Of a DNA stretch of 64,000 nt, positions 17,528-26,824 are shown one piece after another. The first letter of the stretch is position 1. The number at the start of each line of letters is the position of its first letter. The notes under the pieces were generated by a model. The model was not told where the DNA came from, did no database searches, and was given only the letters and a program-made list of their open reading frames with translations. The DNA lies in IMG/VR virus record IMGVR_UViG_3300045988_147571. One strand, written 5' to 3'. The position numbers and the translations under genes are program-made. The stretch comes from a virus.

Positions 17528-19536
17528 AATTCTTTTTCTGAAATAATCGGGATACCAAGCTGCATAGCTTTCACATTCTTGCTACTCTTTGACAATGTAT
17601 CATTATTAATAAGGTAGTTAGTTTTTTTAGTTACTGATCCTGTGACTTTACCTCCAAGAGACTCTATTTTTTCTACTAGAGCTGCTCTATTGGCAAACTC
17701 GGTGAGTGTCCCAGTAATACAGAATATTGCCCCATTCAAACCATCTTTTACAGTCTCCTGAGAAATTTCTTCAAACTGGAATTCCGCAGCAAGCTCAGTT
17801 ATGTATCTTTGATTTTCTTCAAAATAATTTTTCAAAGAAGAAGCTTTCGCAAAACCAAAGTCTTCCAAACATGTAAAATCATACTGAGAATCCATATCTT
17901 CAATGAAACTATCAAAAGCTGTCTTTAATCCTTTTTCTCTTGCTCTCTTCTCTTCAACAGTGTTTAGCTGCTTACTAACACTTCGACCGATTAAATGTAT
18001 GGACAGCCCATAAAGGAATTTAGGCAGAGTTGTCTTGCGGCATTTTTCTATTGATTCCAGGATTTTATCAACTTTTTTTGCTCCTAGCCCTTGTAATGTC
18101 ACTAACATTCCCCGGCAGTCTTTTAGATAAAATAAGTCTAAAGGCCCTTTAATAAATTCTTTCTCTATTAATAGACTCAGAGTAGATTTAGAAAGCCCTG
18201 TAATATCATGTGCTTCTTTGCTTACAAAAGTACATAATTCACCAAGAAGTTTCCCTTTACATTCAAGGTTCATGCACTGAAGCTCTTCTGTCTCATTTTC
18301 ACCTGTAATTTTTACATGACCACCACAAATAGGGCACTTGTCAGGCACAGTAAACAATTTGTCACCGTTTCTGGTCAAATTCTCTGCAATCTGCGGAATG
18401 ATCATGTTTGCCTTATATACCGTAATCGTATCTCCTACTGACAGTTCATAACTTTTGAAAATACTCACATTATGTAAGCTAGCTCTTTCAACAATAGTAT
18501 CATCTATTTCAACCGGATCAAAAACTGCCACAGGTGTCAACTGTCCAGTCTTTCCCATGCTCCATTCCACATCTCTAATTACTGTTTCAAACTTATCATC
18601 TGCAAATTTATACGCCAATTGTGATCGAACATGATGTGATGTGTTTCCTAAGCTTTCACTATAATCAATGTCATCATATGAAAATACGATTCCATCAATA
18701 GGAACATCTTTTTCTCTTGCGATTTCTCTAAGTTTTTTAATATTCTCTTCAATATTATCAACTTTTACCCAAGGGACCACTTCAAATCCTAGCAGATCTA
18801 ATATCTGTAATCTTTTCATGAAACTATTTCCATCTATTCCACGAACGGCCTTCCAAGCAACGAACTTGATTTTTCTTTCTTTTGTAACGGAGTTATCAAG
18901 CTGTCTAACAGAGCCAGCAGTTAAATTTCTGATATTCTTAATACCATTATCTTTAATATATTTTTCTAATTCTTCACCAAAAAGTCCCTTTCTTTCTCCA
19001 TCTTTTTTCAGATCAATATCTTTTAGCTCTTTAAGATGAGTATAATGATGGATCTCCATGACAGCTTCCCCATCAATTACCACTTCATCTCTATAAGGAA
19101 TTTTCTTTGGAACATTTACAAAACTGTTTACTGTATGTAAAACATTTTCTCCGATGATTCCATTCCCCCTAGTTTCTGCAGCAACCAATTTACCATCTAT
19201 ATACTTTACTGAAATAGTAAGTCCATCCATTTTTAACATAGCCAATCCTGGCAAACCATTCATAAAACTTTCAACTTCATTTATATCTTTTGTTTTGTCT
19301 AAGGACAACATTGGATGATCATGTTCGACTTTTTCTAACTCACTAACTGTTTCTGAGCCAACATTGATAGTGGGACTGTTGGCTAAAATAATACCTGTAA
19401 CTTTCTCAAGTTCTTTAAGTCGATCATATTTTTTATCATATTCATAATCAGAAATTAGAGAAGTATCTTCCATATAATACGCATGAGCATATATGTTTAA
19501 TTCTTCCACTAATTCACGCATTTCTTTTAAAAGCAC
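17491..19536 (-). CDS. ligA: NAD+-dependent DNA ligase
   Basis: 681 aa. Adenylation motif LKMDGLTISV (KxDG), Zn finger CPICGGHV...C.NLEC, C-terminal BRCT-like GAIFCITGTL. Confidence 0.92.
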   Translation of the reverse strand: MLLKEMRELVEELNIYAHAYYMEDTSLISDYEYDKKYDRLKELEKVTGIILANSPTINVGSETVSELEKVEHDHPMLSLDKTKDINEVESFMNGLPGLAMLKMDGLTISVKYIDGKLVAAETRGNGIIGENVLHTVNSFVNVPKKIPYRDEVVIDGEAVMEIHHYTHLKELKDIDLKKDGERKGLFGEELEKYIKDNGIKNIRNLTAGSVRQLDNSVTKERKIKFVAWKAVRGIDGNSFMKRLQILDLLGFEVVPWVKVDNIEENIKKLREIAREKDVPIDGIVFSYDDIDYSESLGNTSHHVRSQLAYKFADDKFETVIRDVEWSMGKTGQLTPVAVFDPVEIDDTIVERASLHNVSIFKSYELSVGDTITVYKANMIIPQIAENLTRNGDKLFTVPDKCPICGGHVKITGENETEELQCMNLECKGKLLGELCTFVSKEAHDITGLSKSTLSLLIEKEFIKGPLDLFYLKDCRGMLVTLQGLGAKKVDKILESIEKCRKTTLPKFLYGLSIHLIGRSVSKQLNTVEEKRAREKGLKTAFDSFIEDMDSQYDFTCLEDFGFAKASSLKNYFEENQRYITELAAEFQFEEISQETVKDGLNGAIFCITGTLTEFANRAALVEKIESLGGKVTGSVTKKTNYLINNDTLSKSSKNVKAMQLGIPIISEKEFINKFVKKVLTR

Positions 19537-19793
19537 TCTTCTTCCTCCATTTTATACAATATAATATAATCTTTACCATGAACAAATTTTTCCCCTTCTC
19601 CAACCGGAACCTCTTCATATAGCTTCGGTTCCAATCTTATGTAGGAATCTCCGGTTTCTACTCTTACAACATCTCCCTCTTCATATATATTTTCAATTAC
19701 AAAGTTCATCCACCCCATTTCCATGCCATTTATGTGACAAATTAATCCAATTCTCTCCTCAGTTCCAAAACATTCATAAAGTCTCTCTAACAC
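19527..19793 (-). CDS. hypothetical protein (GTG start)
   Basis: 88-aa ORF. GGAGGG lies 7 nt upstream of the GTG. Overlaps the ligA start by 10 nt. Confidence 0.55.
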   Translation of the reverse strand: MLERLYECFGTEERIGLICHINGMEMGWMNFVIENIYEEGDVVRVETGDSYIRLEPKLYEEVPVGEGEKFVHGKDYIILYKMEEEECF

Positions 19794-19888
19794 TGCAATC
19801 CCTCCAATGTTCGAACGTTTGTTCGTTTGTTATGTTTAAATATTACCACACACAGCAAATTAAGTCAATCTATGTGTGGTATTATCTA

Positions 19889-20800
19889 TTATAAATAACT
19901 ATAAAATTTATTTTTAAGAGTTCCTTTGCCATAAGAACTTATATTATAATTTGAACTAACCATTTCAACATACTGGCTTTCAAAGATATCTTCCTTAGAA
20001 ACATTATATTTCTTCATTATTTCTCTAAACTGCTCTACAATTCCGGCTGTATAGAGTCGAGGAATAGTCAGATACGGAATATTAAGCTCTTTTCTAAGCG
20101 CAATTAACCTATTTGTCAGTCTTAGATTTAAAGCTTCTAATGAATCACTACGTGTATTATTCCTGGAGTTAACAATATTCCCCTTCATACTTAATAAAGA
20201 AGCAGTTCCAGTAAAAGATATATACTCCTCCTCTTGTGAACTAACTTTAGCCAAGTCTACCAGCGTCTCTGACAAAGTTTTTTCCTCTCCGTTTTCGAAA
20301 GTAAGGATATTACCATTCAACTTACTTATTTTAGCTCTTAAAAGCTCACCGGGGGCTTCTGTTCTTACTCCTTCAAACAAAGCCAGAATTAAAAATTTAT
20401 CAGAATAGTTTCTAATTTTAGAAATATCCTTTAAAACCTGTTCTCTGCTGGGACACACCGCTCTCTCCTTATTAAGATATTTCTGTAGACTTTCAATTTC
20501 CATATTTATTTCATCATAGTGATTTATGTTGTCTATAGATATGTTGCAGGAACAACACCAGTCAGCATATTTCCGTAAAACACTTATATTTTTCCTTAAG
20601 GCATTTATTGATGAGGCTGCAAATGTAGACAACAATTTATCTATTTCAGGAAAAGTAAAATCACATAAGTCCTTGTTAAGTAAGTCCTCATAGTCTTCCG
20701 TTTTGTTAAAAAGAGCTTTCGCACTTTGTGGAGTTTGTCCAAGATCTTCTACTACATGTCGCAGATATTCTTTCTTCCGTTCTTCATTATACATAATCAC
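19889..20800 (-). CDS. tyrosine-recombinase-like protein without obvious catalytic H-x-x-R / Tyr (possible regulator)
   Basis: 303 aa. LILALFEGVRTEAPGELL resembles the recombinase Arg-I box. I could not find the later catalytic boxes. Confidence 0.4.
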   Translation of the reverse strand: MIMYNEERKKEYLRHVVEDLGQTPQSAKALFNKTEDYEDLLNKDLCDFTFPEIDKLLSTFAASSINALRKNISVLRKYADWCCSCNISIDNINHYDEINMEIESLQKYLNKERAVCPSREQVLKDISKIRNYSDKFLILALFEGVRTEAPGELLRAKISKLNGNILTFENGEEKTLSETLVDLAKVSSQEEEYISFTGTASLLSMKGNIVNSRNNTRSDSLEALNLRLTNRLIALRKELNIPYLTIPRLYTAGIVEQFREIMKKYNVSKEDIFESQYVEMVSSNYNISSYGKGTLKNKFYSYL

Positions 20801-22005
20801 ACCTCCTCAAATAAAGCTTTTATTTTATTTACTTTCATGTTTGTAACACTATTAATAATCGGCACATCTTTTCCTAATGCACTTTCTATTTTTTCTGCAC
20901 ATTCATATACATCCTTTGAGATAGATGAACCATATAACACTACTGGCATAGTGGTGTCATCAAATACAACATCTGGATTATTCTCTTGAACTATCTTCAA
21001 AATATTTATGATAAATACCGCAGTTTTGATACACTGACTCCGGTTCATATTTTTAGTTTTAAGAATAAACTCCAATAATGAAAACAAAGTAGCTCTGTCT
21101 ATTTCTCCTCTATGTGCTCTTTCAATTTTACTTCTTACTGGACTATCCAATGTGTTGTTTAGCTTGTCAATAATTATATTAGTAGGAGACGACTTATCCA
21201 TAGAAGCTAAGTAACTTTTAGAAATCTTATTTCTCTTATCTTCCTGCTCAATATACTGACATGCTTTGTCTTCTGTAAAATTCATGATATTCAGGATAAA
21301 ATTAAACTGAAAATCAGGATTCTTAATTTTCGTGTTTATTGCAGCTCTAAACCGGTGAAAACCATCAATGATATCAAATTTACCAGAATTAAGTATCAAT
21401 TCTGATCCAACAATATCAAAATCTACCTCTGGATCATCAACATTGAGATTAAGAGTTAAAGCATTAGGTACAAATTCTCCCTTGCTCATTAAACCTTCAA
21501 TAGCTTTTACTGATGAAGAAACTATATCAATTGTATATGATACATCTTGTCCTCTACGTCTCTGTTTAAGTTGACGCTGAGTCCTTGGATTGTATATTAT
21601 AAGCTGGTTATCGTAAAACTCTTTTAGTAAATCAATACTTATTTTTGTCACCCATTGATCTTCAGCTATCTCTATCACTGGACTTATTCTTATTGGATAA
21701 ATATCTGTTTTTAAATAATCTGCCTTTAGGCTCGAAAATCTTACTATTTCCTTATCAGAAAAATATGTTTTCATTTCCGTATTTGCCTTAAAAACATTAT
21801 TAAATGCATCAATAAGCCAATACATTTCATTGTCTGAGATCTCATCTTTACTTTTCGCTCCAATGATATACTGCATATATTCAATATCTGAATATTCATA
21901 TTTTTTCATAAGAAATTTTTGTACTTCTCTCTTGTAATATGAATTTTTCTGGATCTGAGAAAAATACTTATCCAGTATCTCATACAGGTTTTCACTTCTT
22001 AACAT
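20797..22005 (-). CDS. ParB/Srx-fold DGQHR-type domain protein (DndB-like)
   Basis: 402 aa. FDIIDGFHRFRAAI resembles the DGQHR / ParB-box motif. ATGA-type overlap with the downstream gene. Confidence 0.55.
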   Translation of the reverse strand: MLRSENLYEILDKYFSQIQKNSYYKREVQKFLMKKYEYSDIEYMQYIIGAKSKDEISDNEMYWLIDAFNNVFKANTEMKTYFSDKEIVRFSSLKADYLKTDIYPIRISPVIEIAEDQWVTKISIDLLKEFYDNQLIIYNPRTQRQLKQRRRGQDVSYTIDIVSSSVKAIEGLMSKGEFVPNALTLNLNVDDPEVDFDIVGSELILNSGKFDIIDGFHRFRAAINTKIKNPDFQFNFILNIMNFTEDKACQYIEQEDKRNKISKSYLASMDKSSPTNIIIDKLNNTLDSPVRSKIERAHRGEIDRATLFSLLEFILKTKNMNRSQCIKTAVFIINILKIVQENNPDVVFDDTTMPVVLYGSSISKDVYECAEKIESALGKDVPIINSVTNMKVNKIKALFEEV

Positions 22006-22045
22006 TTTGCAACCTCCTTTCTTGTATTATATCATTGTTTAGAAC

Positions 22046-23053
22046 TTATTTCAATAAACTATTTACATATTTAGCAGCTTCAGCATTAATGGGCTTTCGA
22101 ACGATGTATCTTTGTGTCGTGTCAGGTCGAGAATGATTCATTAATTGCTGTACATATGCAATGTCTCCTGTCTGATCATATAATAATGTAGCAAAAGTAC
22201 TTCTAAATTTATGAGGAGTAATATGTTTTTCAAAATCTGCGGTATATGCCTTAACTAAATCTCTCACTGATTTGTCAGTGATTCTTGTTCGTCTGTTAGA
22301 AATAAAAAGAGCATTACAATCTCTTTTATTCAAAAGTTCTGCACGTTTTATTACCCAATTTCTTAAAATATCCATACTATCATCATCAAGTTCACATTCA
22401 TAAGTGTTTCTGCGCTTATCAGTAACCCTAATAATCTTCTGATCCCAGAATATATCTTCCATATTAAGTTCTGTAAGCGCAGTAACACGAATACCAGTTA
22501 CCATAAGAAGAGTAAATATAGCAAGGTTTCTTTCCTTCCATGCTTCTCTTCTTGCGTTGGCCCTTTTTGTACCAATAGAATTATCATTTATTCTTTCAAC
22601 AACTTTTTTCAACTCTGCGGCTGTCATTGCAACCTGTTTAAGCGGATCTTTTACAGAAACTCTTTTTATGCCACAATCAAAAGGGCTCTCTGAAATCATT
22701 TTTCTGCTTAACAAATAATCAGCAAATGATTTTAATGCCGTATAAGTAGTTGCTTTAGCACTATCTGAACTATATCCTCCATCTCTTCCTCTTAAGCAAG
22801 AGAGATAAGAGTTTACATTGTCAATAGTCATTGCTCCATTACAATCTTCTATTGACTCTATAAACCCGTTTTCTTTCAAATAGTTCATAAACCTAACAGC
22901 CGTCATAGTATAATTTTGCGCAGTAAGATATTCGCATGAATTGAATAGACCATTATAATAACCAGTGAAATATTGTGGCTTATCCCTAAGCAATGTTCTC
23001 ATCTTGCTTTCTGATTTATATTTATGTTCTTCTCTTCCTTTCATGCTATTCAC
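22046..23053 (-). CDS. tyrosine recombinase / integrase
   Basis: LMVTGIRVTALTEL (Arg I), ITPHKFRSTFATLL (H-x-x-R), LMNHSRPDTTQRYI (His...Tyr). Confidence 0.88.
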   Translation of the reverse strand: MNSMKGREEHKYKSESKMRTLLRDKPQYFTGYYNGLFNSCEYLTAQNYTMTAVRFMNYLKENGFIESIEDCNGAMTIDNVNSYLSCLRGRDGGYSSDSAKATTYTALKSFADYLLSRKMISESPFDCGIKRVSVKDPLKQVAMTAAELKKVVERINDNSIGTKRANARREAWKERNLAIFTLLMVTGIRVTALTELNMEDIFWDQKIIRVTDKRRNTYECELDDDSMDILRNWVIKRAELLNKRDCNALFISNRRTRITDKSVRDLVKAYTADFEKHITPHKFRSTFATLLYDQTGDIAYVQQLMNHSRPDTTQRYIVRKPINAEAAKYVNSLLK

Positions 23054-23054
23054 C

Positions 23055-23756
23055 TCACCATCTAAATTTGTGATCTAATCCATCTCCACGAATTCCATGT
23101 TTCTCTCTTTCTTCAAGAACTTCCCTTCTAATCTTATTGTGTTTTGAACGAAAATATACCATTGCAAATAACCAAATCATTATTATCATACTCCAACCAG
23201 ACGGACCGGCTAATAAGAATATGAATGATATTATCCCTAATACAATTAAAGTTTTAATATCAGATTCATCCCATACACTGACATAATTATCTGATTTAGA
23301 TGCAGTTTCACTTTGTGCTTTTTGCCACGTCCATGGATTAGGAAGTGGTATTGGTGCATAGTCATCCCTCACTATCGCAACTGGAAAAGGATGAGCCTCT
23401 TCCATTTCAAAATCCAATGAATCTACTTTCACCCAGATGTGATAATTCGGATGATATGACCAAATTTTATTTCCAGTTCTTACTACTTGAAAGGTTCCTT
23501 GTTGCCCAGGTCTCAATGGTTTTTCTGTTAATTCATTTGCTTCTTGTACTAAATAGAGATGAAAACCATATGTATCATCATATGTATCATGATTAATTTT
23601 TGAAGTTAAAAATAGTCCTGTATTAGGAACCATATTTTCAAGATTTGCTGAAATGTTATGCTGCTCTTTATATAACTCTTCTATAGTTTTATCAGACATA
23701 GTATATGTCCAGCCTCGTTGCATATCTTTTACTTTAACTTTCTTTCCCAAATTCAC
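23055..23756 (-). CDS. hypothetical protein with C-terminal transmembrane segments
   Basis: 233 aa. LIVLGIISFIFLLAGPSGWSMIIMIWLFAMVYF near the C-terminus. Confidence 0.6.
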   Translation of the reverse strand: MNLGKKVKVKDMQRGWTYTMSDKTIEELYKEQHNISANLENMVPNTGLFLTSKINHDTYDDTYGFHLYLVQEANELTEKPLRPGQQGTFQVVRTGNKIWSYHPNYHIWVKVDSLDFEMEEAHPFPVAIVRDDYAPIPLPNPWTWQKAQSETASKSDNYVSVWDESDIKTLIVLGIISFIFLLAGPSGWSMIIMIWLFAMVYFRSKHNKIRREVLEEREKHGIRGDGLDHKFRW

Positions 23757-23825
23757 CTTACCTTTCCTTGGTACAAAAAGATGGCTATTTACAGTTTATA
23801 GCGTATCTACATGCTTTTCAATATA

Positions 23826-24221
23826 TCATGAGATTTCTTCTGTATAGCAGCCACTATCATAACAGTTGTTTGGAGCATCTCTTTTCCCTTCAAAAATATC
23901 ATTTCTTACAATTTCTTCCGCTTCTTCTTTGTTAGCTGCCTCTACTTCATACCCCTTACTATATGCTTCATAGTAAGTAACTATGTATTTTTTTAGCCCC
24001 ATCTGTTGTTCTTCTTTACATTCTTTGTACAGATCATCAACAATATTATAATTTTTATTGCTTTTCCCATTGATTTCTATTAATTTGTCATCTAACATAG
24101 GAATATGTTCGTTGCTACTTTCTATATCTAACACAAATTCTCTTTTTGAATTCCATTCATAGTTTATATATCTTCCATCACAATTAATTACAGTTATTTT
24201 TAACATAGTGATTTCCTCCAA
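23826..24221 (-). CDS. hypothetical protein
   Basis: 131-aa ORF on the coding strand. Confidence 0.55.
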   Translation of the reverse strand: MEEITMLKITVINCDGRYINYEWNSKREFVLDIESSNEHIPMLDDKLIEINGKSNKNYNIVDDLYKECKEEQQMGLKKYIVTYYEAYSKGYEVEAANKEEAEEIVRNDIFEGKRDAPNNCYDSGCYTEEIS

Positions 24222-24242
24222 TTATACTCGCAATAGTATCTC

Positions 24243-24431
24243 TTATGTAACTAACCCAAATTCTTTAATTAGTCTCTGAAAGACCATCCGGTTACATTTC
24301 TTATAGGCAATAGATAATGTCTTCTTTACACCTTCTTTCTTATAAATTGAATGCCCACCAGTACAATGGTCTAATTCCCAGCCATTCTTTAGAATAATTC
24401 TCTCAACCTCTCTTCTGTTATAAGTTTTCAT
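24243..24431 (-). CDS. hicA: HicA-family mRNA interferase toxin
   Basis: 62 aa. RREVERIILKNGWELDHCTGGHSIYKK matches the HicA pattern (..GW......GSH....). Confidence 0.75.
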   Translation of the reverse strand: MKTYNRREVERIILKNGWELDHCTGGHSIYKKEGVKKTLSIAYKKCNRMVFQRLIKEFGLVT

Positions 24432-24586
24432 TTATTCACCACCTTGTTGTCTATCTCTACAATAATTTTCTCAGCGCCTTGTCTTAATGCTGCAGCAAAA
24501 GCATCTCTGAATATTTTTGTTTCATATTCTTCCAATGTACAGCTGATTGTCACTGTTTTTTCTGATGGAGTAGTTTTATATACCAC
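24428..24586 (-). CDS. 52-aa protein coupled to hicA (putative antitoxin; below ORF-track cutoff)
   Basis: GTG start 7 nt after GAGGAGG. My translation: VVYKTTPSEKTVTISCTLEEYETKIFRDAFAAALRQGAEKIIVEIDNKVVNK. Its stop overlaps the hicA ATG (ATGA). Confidence 0.55.
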   Translation of the reverse strand: MVYKTTPSEKTVTISCTLEEYETKIFRDAFAAALRQGAEKIIVEIDNKVVNK

Positions 24587-24711
24587 TAATCAACCTCCTC
24601 TGGTATGTCCCACTCAAAATTATCTCTAACCTGTTCTAAAATATCTTTATCAGCTGCCATAGCGGAGCAGCAAAGACAAATCTGGATAGTTTTCTGAACC
24701 CGTTTTCCCAT
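24586..24711 (-). CDS. small Cys-rich ORF coupled to the hicA operon (minimal ATG version)
   Basis: MGKRVQKTIQICLCCSAMAADKDILEQVRDNFEWDIPEEVD. Its stop overlaps the downstream GTG (TAGTG). The frame stays open upstream to 24780 and there encodes a first CxxC (SCWYCG), but has no ATG/GTG/TTG. Confidence 0.35.
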   Translation of the reverse strand: MGKRVQKTIQICLCCSAMAADKDILEQVRDNFEWDIPEEVD

Positions 24712-24782
24712 TTTCTTTCCATAATATGTGCACTTTTCAAGAGGTACTCCATCATTGATAGTACCGCAATACCAACAACTTC

Positions 24783-25268
24783 CTATATAACATCACCTGC
24801 CTTGAACTGAATAATATCGTGCATATGCCACTGACAACCATCATCAACACACGAATCAAATAAATTAACTTCAAATACATAATCATCAGTTATATCAATG
24901 TCATAGTCATTTGCTATTCTGGCTGTAGAGTCTAACATTTGGTTTCTACACTCTTCTAAAGTACCAATTTTTTCTACATAGAATCCGACACCATCATAAG
25001 CATGATGATAAATACAGAGATGATCTCCGTCTTCTATTTCGATTTCATGAATAGTATGGACATAGAATTCTCCGTTACTGCATGAGTAGTCAATACGCAT
25101 AATCTGATCTTTAGAACCATCTACATTTCTGCAATCTTGCTTGCCATTCATCCCATAAGATAAATTATTTACAATCCATTCCTGAGCCCTATGAACAGTT
25201 TCAAAAAAGTAAAAGTATGGTTCCCTGTAATGTTCACTATCTAATGTACATAGTAAATATATCTTCAT
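24783..25268 (-). CDS. hypothetical protein
   Basis: ORF 24783-25289. The internal ATG at 25268 forms an ATGA overlap with the upstream stop and follows GAAGGTGA. Confidence 0.55.
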   Translation of the reverse strand: MKIYLLCTLDSEHYREPYFYFFETVHRAQEWIVNNLSYGMNGKQDCRNVDGSKDQIMRIDYSCSNGEFYVHTIHEIEIEDGDHLCIYHHAYDGVGFYVEKIGTLEECRNQMLDSTARIANDYDIDITDDYVFEVNLFDSCVDDGCQWHMHDIIQFKAGDVI

Positions 25269-25846
25269 TTTTTCACCTTCGTCTTCCACTGTTTTCTTCT
25301 CTTACTCTGCATCTTCCAACCAGAAATTTTATTACATTTATAATCCCATGAGTCTATTTTTCTTTTTGGTTTTATAGGTTTGAGAGTAATACCATATTCA
25401 TCTTTTATATCTCTTATTTCTTCCGGTGTAATGCTTTTTCGCTGATCAGATGTTAATTTCACCCAATGTTCATTCCAGCCTCCTCCACGATGACTATAAA
25501 TCCATGTTGCTGGTCTTTTCTTTTTATATTGATCTGTAAGCTCACGAAAATTCCTTACATTACCATCATCATCTACAATCAGATATCTATGATGTTTTTT
25601 TGCCATCATAAATTCAAATCTGTCGTATATGTATTCATCTTCAAAGTAATTAAATTTATTATAAAATTGTTTATCATATTTTCTTTTGAAATATATAAAC
25701 ACTTCTTTGGTGCCTGTCAGACATCCGAGGTATTCCCATGGCAGCCATCTATGTTTAGCCCATCTACAATGATATTCAACCATTTTTGTTCTCTGTACGT
25801 AAATATGGTATTTTCTCATAATCATTCTCCTATTAGCCCCTCTCAA
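25265..25846 (-). CDS. hypothetical basic protein
   Basis: 193-aa ORF on the coding strand. Confidence 0.55.
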   Translation of the reverse strand: MRGANRRMIMRKYHIYVQRTKMVEYHCRWAKHRWLPWEYLGCLTGTKEVFIYFKRKYDKQFYNKFNYFEDEYIYDRFEFMMAKKHHRYLIVDDDGNVRNFRELTDQYKKKRPATWIYSHRGGGWNEHWVKLTSDQRKSITPEEIRDIKDEYGITLKPIKPKRKIDSWDYKCNKISGWKMQSKRRKQWKTKVKK

Positions 25847-25864
25847 GAAGAGAGAGGCTATTTT

Positions 25865-26806
25865 TTATATAACGCAAAGAAATTTATGAGTATCTTTTTC
25901 ATACTTATATATTTTCTTTGTAAGAAAATTTTTTCTAGGTGTAGCTTCCTCCAATGTATCCTGCAAGATTATTGATAAATCTACTGCATCAACATCATCA
26001 GCCTTATGAATCATCACCTCATGTACACTGGTAAACACTAAATACAAATCTGAATCCAATACATTAGCAAAGCGTTCAGCCACGCCGGGATAAAATATAG
26101 CTACGGCACCGTTTATTTTCTTTGCTGTAGTTAAACAATTTCCAATAAAATCTTGGCTAATTGCTTCTTCTGTACCGGGACTCATAAACTCTTCTCCTTC
26201 ATATTCCGGATTAAAGATCATCTGCTCCCATCTGTAAATTCTCGGTGGATACATACGTTCTGTATTTCTTAATGCTTCTTCCAGAATATTGCCTTCACTT
26301 AAGGTCAAACCATCTTCTTTCCATTTCTCTACTACACATTTAAAAATCTTAGTGCTCATAATGTTTCCATCATTTTCAGATACCTTCATATATAATACCT
26401 GAACAATGTCACCAATTCTTTTATAAATAGCATTACTCAATTCTTTAGAATTATCATCATAATTAAGCAGCCTTATAAAAAGAGAATCTTTAACAGTTTC
26501 GTAGTTCCAAATTTTCTTTGTTTTTTCATAAGAATTTTGTCCTTGTAACTGTCTAATGTCTCTTACAGTACTATCAAGAATGGTGTCAAACGATGTTCCA
26601 TTTAAGAATTCTCTAAAAAGCTCTTTTGTATGTATTCCACAGACCTCCCAGGCATCATCATGCTCTGCAAACTTCACCAGCAGTCTGTCTCCTGTCGGAG
26701 AAAATCTATCTCCATCTTTTGAAAATTCTATATTCTCAATAGGAATGTTGATAGCTGCACTTATTTTATTTTTAAGTTCTTCCACAAACATTTCATAGTT
26801 CATCAT
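25865..26806 (-). CDS. hypothetical protein (DUF5688-like, from memory); paralog of 48761-49255
   Basis: 313 aa. The C-terminal GAVAIFYPGVAERFANVLDSDLYLVFTSVHEVMIHK aligns with GAIALFYPGAMERFAQFIGSFFVIPSSTEEVILMP of 48761-49255. Confidence 0.6.
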   Translation of the reverse strand: MMNYEMFVEELKNKISAAINIPIENIEFSKDGDRFSPTGDRLLVKFAEHDDAWEVCGIHTKELFREFLNGTSFDTILDSTVRDIRQLQGQNSYEKTKKIWNYETVKDSLFIRLLNYDDNSKELSNAIYKRIGDIVQVLYMKVSENDGNIMSTKIFKCVVEKWKEDGLTLSEGNILEEALRNTERMYPPRIYRWEQMIFNPEYEGEEFMSPGTEEAISQDFIGNCLTTAKKINGAVAIFYPGVAERFANVLDSDLYLVFTSVHEVMIHKADDVDAVDLSIILQDTLEEATPRKNFLTKKIYKYEKDTHKFLCVI

Positions 26807-26824
26807 AACTAATCCCTCTTTTTC

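Noticed and set aside
19794-23825. att sites or direct repeats delimiting the integrase module
   Set aside because: I found only a hairpin (TACCACACA...TGTGTGGTA, 19844-19881) and a short CGTTTGTT duplication. There are no matching flanking repeats. A computed repeat search is needed.
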